Shown here one piece after another: positions 10,935 through 20,147 of a stretch of 64,000 nucleotides of DNA. The position numbers and the translations under genes are program-made. Each line of letters opens with the position of its first letter. Within the stretch, counting starts at the first letter, position 1. Origin of the DNA: an uncultured Candidatus Saccharibacteria bacterium (lineage in GTDB: Bacteria > Patescibacteriota > Minisyncoccia > UBA6257 > JAKLIH01); contig CAZUBO010000002.1 of assembly GCA_964618955.1 (NCBI GenBank), forward strand, positions 1,582 through 65,581, written 5' to 3'. Under the pieces are notes generated by a model. The model saw nothing but the letters and a program-made list of their open reading frames with translations. It searched no databases and was not told the origin of the DNA.

Positions 10935-11297
10935 TTAATTCTTTTTAGCACAAGAAATACAGAGATCAGAAGCTGGATTTACTTCCAGCTTTTTGAGTTC
11001 AATCTCTTTATGGCATTCTTCACAAATGCCAAAAGAATTAGTTTTGATTTTAACTAAAGCTTGATTAATCTCTTTAAGACGAGCTTCAAGTAATTCTTCG
11101 GTTGCTAGATTATTGAGATATTGAGATACTTCTAAAGCATTATCTTCGTCGGATAAACCAACACTAGGAAGATAGGAATCAAAATCATTAGGATTGTCAT
11201 TTTTGACAATACCAAAATTAGATAATTCTTTTTGAATTTTTTCTTGTTCTGATTGCAATTGTTGTTCAAAAGATTGAACTTGTTCTTTAGTAAGCAT
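10935..11297 (-). CDS. DksA/TraR-family C4 zinc-finger protein
   Basis: C-terminal CEECHKEI..x..CISCAKK four-Cys finger preceded by a coiled-coil region. Size is typical of DksA-like proteins. Confidence 0.75.
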   Translation of the reverse strand: MLTKEQVQSFEQQLQSEQEKIQKELSNFGIVKNDNPNDFDSYLPSVGLSDEDNALEVSQYLNNLATEELLEARLKEINQALVKIKTNSFGICEECHKEIELKKLEVNPASDLCISCAKKN

Positions 11298-11412
11298 ATT
11301 ATTAGTTTAAAGTTTTGTATTTCATTAGTATATTGTTTCAAATTTACAATATTTTGTCAATGGGCAGAAAACATTGACTATTTGAGAAAAAATGATATAA
11401 TAATATCGTAAT

Positions 11413-11487
11413 GCGGGTGTCGTATAGTGGCTATTATATCTCCTTGCCATGGAGAAGACGGCAGTCCGATTCTGCTCACCCGCTCCA
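11413..11487 (+). tRNA. tRNA-Gly, anticodon GCC (CCA encoded)
   Basis: Acceptor GCGGGTG/CACCCGC, anticodon stem TCTCC/GGAGA, loop TTGCCAT, discriminator U, CCA. The T loop reads TCCGATT (C at position 55). Confidence 0.85.
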
Positions 11488-11501
11488 AAAGGGAGTCAAT
11501 T

Positions 11502-11529
11502 AAAAAAGACTAAGTGATTAGTCTTTTTT
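11502..11529. terminator. Bidirectional hairpin between tRNA-Gly and htrA
   Basis: aaaaaagactaa / ttagtctttttt with loop gtga. Confidence 0.6.
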
Positions 11530-11536
11530 AATTTGT

Positions 11537-12532
11537 TTAGTCAAAAACAATTTTAATTAATATTTCTTTTTGATCTCTAAGGACTTTAAGTTTGATGGTA
11601 TCACCAATACAAATACCTTTTAAATAATCATTGATTGGATGTTTTTGATCAATACGATTACCATCAAGCTCGAGAATAATATCACCTTCTTTAAGACCAT
11701 ACTTTTCAGCAAGACTATTAGTGATAATCCCTGATTGGCTAGCACCATAGACTATGAAAGCTCCATAGTTCTTTGAAAGGTTATGCATTTTTTTAACATT
11801 TTCATCTACCATAATGTATCTGACTCCTAGAGATACTTGTTTTACAGCTCCAAAGGATTTAAGATCTCTGATTATCTTTCTTACTGAGTTGATTGGAATA
11901 GCAAGACCAATATTTTCGACACCGCTAACAGCTAGAGTAGTAATACCAATAACTTCACCTTTAAGATTGATTAAAGGACCACCAGAATTACCAGGATTGA
12001 TAGCAGCATCAGTTTGAATAAGACCTTTGTATTCTAGAATACCTTTGTAGTTGCTATCAGCCTTAACATATCGAGATAGGCCGGAAATAATACCTTTAGA
12101 TACTGTCTTTTGAAATTCATCCAAGACATTACCAATAGTTAATACCGTTTCACCAAGATTAATTTTTGAAGCATCGCCTAAATGTAAATGAGGGAAGGAT
12201 TGCTTAGTATTGGTTTGGAGTTTTAAAATAGCAATATCGTTAATGTCATCATAATGGAATAGGGAACAATCATAGAAATTATCATTTCAAAAGATCTTGT
12301 AAGTCAGTTGACGGTTGAAAAGAGGATGGTAGTTAGTAACTACTAAGCCATTTGAGGTTGCAATGAAGCCAGAAGAATTGCCAACCTTTTCGAAATAGTC
12401 GTTTTTTATTCTAATTATAGTATTCTCGGGGGAAGGCTGGTCGACTGGTTTTAAAGCAAAGATACCTACTATAGAAGGAAGGGAATGTTTAATAACTTTT
12501 GGAATTATTGATTCAATGTTTTGAAATATCAT
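11537..12532 (-). CDS. HtrA/DegP-family serine protease with one PDZ domain
   Basis: ORFs 11537..12124 and 12287..12532 are in frame, joined by one TGA (12287). Triad context VVTNYH, NDIAILK, GNSGGPL. C-terminal PDZ (GDIILELDG). Confidence 0.85.
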
Positions 12533-12618
12533 ATTGATTTTATTAGAATGTTAATATATATAAAATATATCAGAGAATTTGAAAAAATACAATAAATATG
12601 TTTAGGATGGGTTGCTCT

Positions 12619-12646
12619 TTACATTCTTTTAATTATTTGGTATAAT
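12619..12646 (+). promoter_or_regulatory. Candidate promoter with extended -10
   Basis: ttacat, 16 nt, tataat, preceded by TGG (ttggtataat), about 17 nt upstream of the 12663 ATG. Confidence 0.4.
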
Positions 12647-12662
12647 ATGGTAAATCAAAAAC

Positions 12663-13025
12663 ATGCTAAATCTAATCAAAAAATTCATAACTCTAATCTT
12701 GGTGAATTGACTGGGGCTATATGTCTGCCAGAGGATTTTTTCTGAGATAGCAATTACTCATGATTTGAAAACGTTATTTACTTTTTTGATAGTATTATCA
12801 ATTCTGACAGTTATTATAAAGCCAATACTGGATATTCTATTAAAGCCTTTTATTGTTTTGACCTTAGGGATTTTATCAATAGTTGTGAATATGGGAATTG
12901 TATTAGTAGCTAATAATTTTGCTAAAGCCATAATCATTAATAACAATTTTTCTTTGTTCAAGGTGACTTTAGTATTAAGCTTGATAGGATTCTTAGTGAA
13001 TTTAGTAGTAGGACTCAATAATTAA
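12663..13025 (+). CDS. Small 4-TM membrane protein, YvlD / phage-holin-4-like family
   Basis: ATG at 12663 is in frame with ORF 12765..13025 through TGA at 12708. IKPILDILLKPFIVLTLGILSIVVN segment resembles the family core. Confidence 0.55.
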
Positions 13026-13049
13026 TTTAATCAATATTAAGAATAAAAT

Positions 13050-13265
13050 ATGCATAAATTAGTATCTATAATTCAGGTTGTTGTTTCTTTTGTATTAATT
13101 GGTTTGATTATGATTCAACAAAAGGGAGGTGGACTATCTAGTGTGTTTGGTGGATCTTCAACTAATTATATGAAGAAAAGAGGTATTGAAAAATATCTAA
13201 ATATCTTTACTATTATTTTAATAGCAATATTTATTATTGTTTCTATCTTGATATTTATTGTCTAA
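13050..13265 (+). CDS. secG: Preprotein translocase subunit SecG
   Basis: 71 aa, two TM helices flanking QQKGGGLSSVFGG, the characteristic SecG loop. Confidence 0.85.
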   Translation: MHKLVSIIQVVVSFVLIGLIMIQQKGGGLSSVFGGSSTNYMKKRGIEKYLNIFTIILIAIFIIVSILIFIV

Positions 13266-13282
13266 CACAATAAAAACATAAC

Positions 13283-14974
13283 ATGAACGTTTTAAAAAAA
13301 ATTAAGAGCTTGTGAAATAATTTTTCTATTAGAGAAAGAATTTTAAGCTGCGGATTTGCAATCCTGATTGTTTTAGGATTAGCTAAATCTTCATCTTTGT
13401 TTTTAGATAAGCTAACAGTAAATACTCCAATAGCAGGAGGTTCTTTAAGCTATGGCATTTGAGAGACTCCAAAGACAATTAATCCGGTTATTAGCCAAAA
13501 CAATGATGCTGAGCAAGAATTAATTAATATTATTTATAGCGGTATCATTAAGGAAGATGGTAAGGGTGGATTCAAGAATGATTTGGCTAAGGAGATAAAT
13601 ATCAATAAAGAACATACCGTTTATGAAATTAGTTTGAAAGAGAATGTATATTTCCATGATGGCGAGAAGCTAACGGCCGATGATGTTATTTTTACCGTTG
13701 GTTTGATTAAGAATTCTGATTATAGCAGTCCTTTGTTTGGTTTGTTTAAGGACATTAAAATCGAAAAATTAGGAGAACTAATGATAAAGATTACCGTACC
13801 TAATAGTCAGACTAATTTCTATAACTATTTGACTTTTAAGATTATTCCAAAGCATTTATGAGAGAAGGTTGATTTCGATCAATTTGCTATTAATGAATTG
13901 AATATTAGACCAATTGGTTCAGGGCTATATATGGTTACAAAGATTCAAAAGAATAAGAGTGGCAAAATTACTAGTATTTATTTAAAGCGAAATACCAAGT
14001 ACTTTGATAAGGCATATATTGAAAAGATTGTATTTAATATCTTTGATAATATTGAAGATGCTTTTGTGGCTTTTGTTAAAGGTAATATTGATGTTATTAA
14101 GGAATTAACTCCTTATCAAAAGGATTTGATAAAGAACAAAAACAAAATCAAAATCAATCACACAGTACTTCCTAGATACTATGCGGTATTTCTAAATCAG
14201 AAGAATCCTTTGTTTACAAATTCAAATATTAAAGAAGCAATGGAATTGTCGTTAGACAAAGCTTCAATTATTGATTCCGTATTCTTTAAAGAAGCAGAGT
14301 TACTAAATGCTCCAATTTCAAGTAGTTTTATTGGTTATGTTAAGGAGTTAAATACCAATAATTTTAATTTGAAATTAGCTAAAGAAAAATTAGTTGCAGC
14401 TAAGTATGAGGATAGAGACAAAGATGGGGTAATGGAAAAATGAAATGGTAAGACCAAGACTGATTTAGAGTTTTCATTGTTATTACCATCCAATAATGAA
14501 TTGATTCATTTGGCTGATATGATAAAGAAGAATTGAGAGAGTGTTGGTATAAAAGTTAATTTACAGATTGTACCTTTCGATGAATTACAAAGAGATTACT
14601 TAAAGAATCGTAATTACGATGCCTTGTTGTTTGGTGAGACCTATACTACCAATCCTGACCTATATTATTTCTGACATTCTAGTCAGACAAGTAATCCGGG
14701 TTTGAATTTATCAGTATACAAGAATTCAACAGTTGATTCAATATTAGAAATCAACCATACGACATTTGAAAAAGACCAATTACAAAAGAATTTGGGTGAT
14801 TTCCAAGAAATACTGAAAAAAGATATGCCAGCAATATTTTTAAATAATCCTTACTATATCAATGCTTATTACAAAAAAGTAAAAATTGAAGATAAGCAAG
14901 TATATAACTCCTATTCGTCTTCCTTGGGGAATATCAATGAATGATATATCTTCCAGAAACGATCTCTGAAATAA
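13283..14974 (+). CDS. ABC-transporter family 5 solute-binding protein (peptide/nickel type), orphan
   Basis: ORFs 13583, 13898 and 14702 are in one frame with ATG 13283. I hand-translated the gaps and found only TGA. N-terminal anchor. Family-5 style core (INP...YEISLKENVYFHDGEKLTADDVIFT). Confidence 0.78.
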
Positions 14975-14998
14975 ATGGTATTTTAAAATACCATTGTA

Positions 14999-15080
14999 GC
15001 CGAGATGGTGAAATTGGTAGACACGCAGTGTTCAGAACGCTGTGCTTTACAGCATGTGGGTTCAAGTCCCGCTCTCGGCA
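14999..15080 (+). tRNA. tRNA-Leu, anticodon CAG (long variable arm)
   Basis: Acceptor GCCGAGA/TCTCGGC, anticodon stem CAGTG/CGCTG, loop TTCAGAA, long extra arm, T arm GTGGG-TTCAAGT-CCCGC. Confidence 0.85.
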
Positions 15081-15131
15081 CTTAAATTTTAAATTAAAAC
15101 AAACCACTTAATATATATTAAAAAAAGAATT

Positions 15132-16976
15132 ATGATAAACACAAATGAAGAAAAAAATGCAAAGATCAATCCCTACAGTAGTGTAGGTGGTAGACCAGTT
15201 GCAAAAAAATTAGTACCTAGAAGGTACGCTCCTAGACCAGGAGCTACTAGAAGACCGGTTACAATACTAAAGTCTAAAGAAAAATCTACTGGAGATAATG
15301 AACCAGTAAAGATAATGGCTTTGGGAGGATTGGGAGAATTCGGTAGAAATATGTTCGTAATTGAATATAAAAAAGAATGTATTATCGTCGATATGGGGCT
15401 TAGATTCCCAGAAGAGAATATGCCAGGAATTGATTTTATCATTCCTAGCATTGAATACTTTGAGAACAATCGAGATTTAAAGATCTTGGGAGTTTTCATT
15501 TCGCATGCGCATTACGACCATTTAGGAGCTGTACCATATTTAATTTCTAAATTAAATTACCCTCCTATATATACAACTCCTTTAACAAAAGAGATAATCT
15601 TAAAGAGACAAGAAGAATTTACTCATCTAAAGAAGTTGGATATTAGAGTAGTTGATGCTGAGAAGATAAATAGAATTGAATTAAATAACTTTATAGTTAG
15701 TGTGTTCCATGTAAATCACAATGTTCCTGATTCAGTTGGGTTCTTTATTGAGACTCGCCAGGGTAATATTATGTATACGGGGGACTACAAGATTGATTTT
15801 AATCCAATCTTTGATAGACCAGCAGACTTAACTAGAATAGTTAAATTAGCTTCTTTTGGAGTTGATTTATTAATGGCTGATAGTACTGGCGTAGAGCAAG
15901 AAGGACATTCAATATCCGAACAAGAGATATTCCAAAACTTAGAAATTGTTTTTATGAGAGCTAAGGGTAGAATTCTTTTGGCAACATTTGCTTCTTTAAT
16001 CAGTAGATTACAACAAGCTTTGGTATTAGCTGAGAAGTTCAACCGTAAGGTTGTAATTAATGGCTATTCTATGAGAACCAACTTAGCAATTGCTAAGAAA
16101 TTAGGTTATGTAAAGTCGGACTTAAAAACAATCATTGATGTTAAGGAGATGCATCATTACAAGCCAGAAGAGATTGTAATTTTAACTACTGGAGCTCAAG
16201 GTGAAGACAATGCTGGATTGATGAAGATTTTGAATCGTGAGAATAAAAACATTCGAATTCAACCAGGAGATACTATGATCTTTTCATCTTCAGTAATTCC
16301 GGGTAACGAAATGGCAGTACAATGCTTGAAAGATAGCTTGACCAAACAAGGAGCTAATATCTACCATTACAAGATGCTAGATATCCATGCTTCGGGTCAT
16401 GCTCATAAAGAAGATATCAAATTAATGTTGAATTTAATCAAGCCAAAACAAATGATGCCAGTTCATGGATTCTACTACATGCAAAAACTATTTAATGATT
16501 TGGCTCAAGATGTTTTGGGTTTGAAAAAAGAAGATTGCATGTTAGCTAGTAATGGTCAAATTTTGGAATTAGTTAAAGGCAGAACCATAATTACTCCGAA
16601 GTTTGTTCCGGCTAACTACGTTATGGTAGACGGCTTAGGAGTAGGGGATGTTGGCGAAGTCGTATTACGTGATCGTCAGGCATTATCCAAAGACGGTATG
16701 TTCATAATCAACTTAATTATTGATCGTAAGACTAGAGATATCAAAGTTCTAGAGATTGTATCTCGTGGATTCATCTTTATGAAGGATTCTAATACTTTGA
16801 TAAAAGATACTAGGGATAAGGTAGCGTCAATTGTTAATAAGAATATGACAAAGACTAATAACGAAGATGTTAATGAATCGTACTTAAGAAATATTTTGAG
16901 GGATGAAATTGGACTATTTTTGTTCCAAAAGATAGAGAGAAGACCAATGATTATTCCGATAGTTATGGAAATCTAA
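15132..16976 (+). CDS. rnj: Ribonuclease J (metallo-beta-lactamase / beta-CASP)
   Basis: Uninterrupted 614-aa ORF. HAHYDHLG zinc motif, beta-CASP region, C-terminal domain. Confidence 0.93.
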   Translation: MINTNEEKNAKINPYSSVGGRPVAKKLVPRRYAPRPGATRRPVTILKSKEKSTGDNEPVKIMALGGLGEFGRNMFVIEYKKECIIVDMGLRFPEENMPGIDFIIPSIEYFENNRDLKILGVFISHAHYDHLGAVPYLISKLNYPPIYTTPLTKEIILKRQEEFTHLKKLDIRVVDAEKINRIELNNFIVSVFHVNHNVPDSVGFFIETRQGNIMYTGDYKIDFNPIFDRPADLTRIVKLASFGVDLLMADSTGVEQEGHSISEQEIFQNLEIVFMRAKGRILLATFASLISRLQQALVLAEKFNRKVVINGYSMRTNLAIAKKLGYVKSDLKTIIDVKEMHHYKPEEIVILTTGAQGEDNAGLMKILNRENKNIRIQPGDTMIFSSSVIPGNEMAVQCLKDSLTKQGANIYHYKMLDIHASGHAHKEDIKLMLNLIKPKQMMPVHGFYYMQKLFNDLAQDVLGLKKEDCMLASNGQILELVKGRTIITPKFVPANYVMVDGLGVGDVGEVVLRDRQALSKDGMFIINLIIDRKTRDIKVLEIVSRGFIFMKDSNTLIKDTRDKVASIVNKNMTKTNNEDVNESYLRNILRDEIGLFLFQKIERRPMIIPIVMEI

Positions 16977-16980
16977 ATTA

Positions 16981-17008
16981 AAAACAACCGCTTAAAGGCG
17001 GTTGTTTT
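16981..17008. terminator. Terminator after rnj (also faces tRNA-Arg)
   Basis: aaaacaaccgc / gcggttgtttt perfect hairpin. Confidence 0.7.
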
Positions 17009-17014
17009 GCTATG

Positions 17015-17086
17015 TCTCCCTGAGAGGAATCGAACCCCTATCAACAGCTTAGAAGGCTGTTGCTCTATCCATTGAGCTACAGGGAG
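17015..17086 (-). tRNA. tRNA-Arg, anticodon UCU
   Basis: Reverse complement folds with acceptor CTCCCTG/CAGGGAG, D arm GCTC..GAGC, anticodon stem ACAGC/GCTGT, loop CTTCTAA, T loop TTCGATT. Confidence 0.82.
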
Positions 17087-17185
17087 GAATTAAATTAATA
17101 ATTCTATCTTAGCATATTTGACATTTGAAATCAAGACATTTATTTGCTATACTATACTTATCTAATAATGGCTTAAACTTTAAAG

Positions 17186-17800
17186 ATGAAAAAATTATTA
17201 ATGTTCTTAATTCCAGCTTTGCTGATTGTATTAGTTATACTACTAGTAATTAAAAATACCGCTAAAGGCTTAGTTGGCACTATCAAAAGTATTGATAATG
17301 ATAGTCGAACTATTGTGATTTACGATGGGTTACAAGATATGAAGTTGAATATTACTAATACTACTAAATTATTGGATGTTAGGAATCAACCAACAATTTT
17401 TAGTGAATTTAATGTTGGTTTTGAAGTTGAAGTTTGATTCAAAAAGAATAACGAAGAATTAGTTGTTGAGAAGATTAGAATTACTAAAGCTCCTAATATA
17501 TTAATTCTATCGCCAAGTAATAATGATGTAGTTAAGAGAGAATTTAAAGTTAGTGGTTCAGCTAGAGTATTTGAAAATGTTTTACAAGTAGAAGTTACTA
17601 ATGCTGATAATAACCAATCGTTGTATAAGAAAACGGTAATGGCTTCACCAATTGATATTGGATTATTCGGACCATTTGAAACGGAAATTAATATTAGTAA
17701 TTATCCTGAAGTCAAGAATATCCGATTGGATGCTTTTCAGTATTCAGCTAAAGATGGATCCGTTACTGATAAGACTAGTATTAACTTAGAAGTTAATTAA
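17186..17800 (+). CDS. Membrane-anchored protein with Gmad2-type immunoglobulin-like domain
   Basis: ORF 17186..17437 continues through TGA to TAA at 17798. N-terminal TM. C-terminal SGSARVFENVLQVEV segment resembles the Gmad2 Ig-like domain. Confidence 0.55.
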
Positions 17801-17817
17801 TATATTAAAACTATTAA

Positions 17818-18783
17818 ATGAAATTGAATAGAGGCTTTATTGAAAATATATTTGTAATTACAGCACTATCAATAATAGTAGCCTTTTCAGCATTCATTTC
17901 AAAACAAACAAAGGAGGTAGAGATTTTTAAATTAAAGACAGTGAATAATGTCATACATAATTTTAAAGATAAAAATATTTTAGTTTTAGGTATTGCCGGA
18001 TTTGAAAGCAATGGACCATTGCTAACTGATGTTATGATGGTAGTAAATGTTAATACTGAGAAGGCGAGTATAAAGGCAGTTTCAATTCCTAGAGATTTGC
18101 TAGTTAATATCGAGAAGACCGAGAAATTTACAAAGATAAATAACCTGCTAACAGTTGATAATCCAAAATTGAAAATTAAGAATACGGATTTAATTAAGAA
18201 TAAGATTGCTCAGATTACAGGATTAAAGATTGATAATTTGGTGATTGTTGATTTGGATGGTTTTCGATATTTTATTGATGCTATTGGTGGAATTAATGTC
18301 TACTTAGATAAGCCACTATATGATCCAAAATTAGCTAATCCGGATAATCCTAATGAACGATTCTCTTTAGAAGCTGGTTGGAATTTCTTGGATGGCAAGA
18401 AGGCAGCAAAGTTTGTTCGATCACGTTATGCTGCTACGGGAGACTTTTCGAGAATCGATCATCAGCATGACTTATTAATGTCGGTATTTCAGAAGCTAAA
18501 GAAGATAAATGCTTTTACAAATCCAGTAATGCTATACAAGATCTATAGTAGTTGAAGTGGTTATCTATATACTGATTTAAATATTAATGATGGTTTTAAA
18601 TTATTGCCTTTAGCAAAAACTTTAAATAACAAGAATATATCTTTTACAACTATTAGTTATTCTCAGCCCAATCCGCTATTAATGTCGAGCAGTTCGGATA
18701 TAAATGGATATTTTCTAATGCCTCGTATTGGGTTAGAGAATTACACTGATATCCAGAATTATATTTATGATTATATTTATTAA
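17818..18783 (+). CDS. LytR-CpsA-Psr (LCP) family cell-wall glycopolymer ligase
   Basis: TM anchor, then TDVMMVV..SIPRDL..DGFRYFIDAIGGI..RSRY..GDFSRIDHQ motifs. Continues through TGA at 18553 to TAA at 18781. Confidence 0.85.
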
Positions 18784-18785
18784 CC

Positions 18786-19376
18786 ATGGAAACAAAGAAT
18801 AATAAAAAAATATTAGTAGGATTAAATAATCCAGGATCAAAGTATGATAATACTCCCCATAATATCGGGAAGGTGTTTTTGGAATGATTGGTTGATAAGT
18901 TAGCTGAGGACGGGAAGATTGAATCCGGATTAAAATGAAAAGATGATAAGAAGATATCAGCTAAGATACTAGAGATTACTATTGGACACAAAGATATTGT
19001 TTTAATTCTGCCAAAGACTTTTATGAATAATTCGGGGTTAGCAGTTGTGAAGGCTTTGAACTACTACAAGATCGATATGAAGGGATTGATGGTAGTTCAT
19101 GATGAAGCTGATATGCTTATAGGGAAGGCTAAATTAGGTTTTAGCCATTCAGCGGCTGGACATAATGGAGTTGATTCAATAATTCAGAATTTAAAGACTC
19201 AGTCTTTTTGAAGATATCGTATTGGGATAAGACCAATAGATATTTCGGAATCTAAATATCAATTCAAAGCCGGGGATTACGTAGTAAAGGCAATGACTAA
19301 AGAGAATCAAAAGATTCTATTCAATAGCTTTGAAAAGTACTATTTAGACATCATGAGATGGATAGTAAATAGCTAA
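18786..19376 (+). CDS. pth: Peptidyl-tRNA hydrolase
   Basis: LVGLNNPGSKYDNTPHNIG N-terminus, MNNSG, VVHDEADM, HNG motifs. Three in-frame TGAs. ORF 19023..19211 is its central fragment. Confidence 0.9.
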
Positions 19377-19380
19377 TAAT

Positions 19381-19405
19381 GTGGTACTACATAAAGTAGT
19401 ACCAC
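19381..19405 (+). terminator. Perfect 10-bp hairpin after pth
   Basis: gtggtactac ataaa gtagtaccac. Confidence 0.6.
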
Positions 19406-19474
19406 ATCTTGATTTATATAAGATTGTGTGGTAGATTAGGGTTAGCTATTTTCATAAATTATTGGAGGTTTTTT

Positions 19475-19843
19475 ATGACAAGATTTCGCGAGATTGACGG
19501 TTCCGTGAGCGATGTAAAACGTGGTAAAATTCGCACACCAGAAGAATTGTATTTGATGCTAGGGGATGCATCTGAAGAAGAGGAAAAGTTTATAATCGAT
19601 TATTTACAAAAACACAAATTCCGAAGTAATGTCTCTATTTCAGAAACAATTCTTGTAAGAGACAAGCGGGTTATCGTTAAATCTATGGAAAAAGGGATTC
19701 CACCTTTTTCTTCTCCATTGGAATCTATTGTAGGTAATGAAACGATTATTCATCCAGATGGATTAGAAATCGTTCCATTAACACTAACAGAACAAATAAA
19801 CCTCAAAATAATCGCCGACACTTATAGAGTATTATATCAGTAG
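19475..19843 (+). CDS. Hypothetical 122-aa protein, compositionally foreign
   Basis: ATG preceded by attGGAGGtttttt. Uses CGN Arg codons and has no TGA. Higher G+C than its neighbours by eye. No recognisable family. Confidence 0.55.
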   Translation: MTRFREIDGSVSDVKRGKIRTPEELYLMLGDASEEEEKFIIDYLQKHKFRSNVSISETILVRDKRVIVKSMEKGIPPFSSPLESIVGNETIIHPDGLEIVPLTLTEQINLKIIADTYRVLYQ

Positions 19844-19867
19844 AGTGGCGATTAACGGCAGCAACTT

Positions 19868-19906
19868 GGTCGGAGCAAGCTTTATAGCTCCGACCTCGTT
19901 TTTATT
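19868..19906 (+). terminator. Canonical GC-rich rho-independent terminator
   Basis: ggtcggagc / gctccgacc followed by tcgtttttattt. Confidence 0.75.
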
Positions 19907-19912
19907 TATTTT

Positions 19913-19943
19913 AAAACCACCTATAATATATCTAGGTGGTTTT
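19913..19943 (-). terminator. Hairpin immediately downstream of tRNA-Pro (minus strand)
   Basis: aaaaccaccta / taggtggtttt with a 9-nt loop. A T-run follows on the minus strand. Confidence 0.55.
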
Positions 19944-19948
19944 AATCT

Positions 19949-20022
19949 TGGTCGGGGTGCTGAGAATCGAACTCAGACCGCATGCTCCCAAAGCACGCAT
20001 ACTACCACTATACGACACCCCG
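19949..20022 (-). tRNA. tRNA-Pro, anticodon UGG (CCA encoded)
   Basis: Reverse complement: acceptor CGGGGTG/CACCCCG, anticodon stem CGTGC/GCATG, loop TTTGGGA, T loop TTCGATT, 3' ACCA. Confidence 0.88.
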
Positions 20023-20147
20023 TTTTATTTGATTAAATACTAACAAATTTTAATCTAAAAATCAAGCTTTCAAACCCTTAGCTAGTGTTTGTTTTTATGA
20101 CGTTTTTGTGCTAAAATTGGGGTATATTAAACTAATATATTCAAAAT

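Noticed and set aside
14999-15080. This tRNA might be the UGA decoder (anticodon UCA), or a tRNA-Sec, because the sequence TTCAGA contains TCA and the tRNA has a long variable arm.
   Set aside because: Only the register with stem CAGTG/CGCTG pairs properly. That places CAG at positions 34-36 (Leu). The alternative register, which would put UCA in the anticodon, creates a C-C mismatch in the stem.
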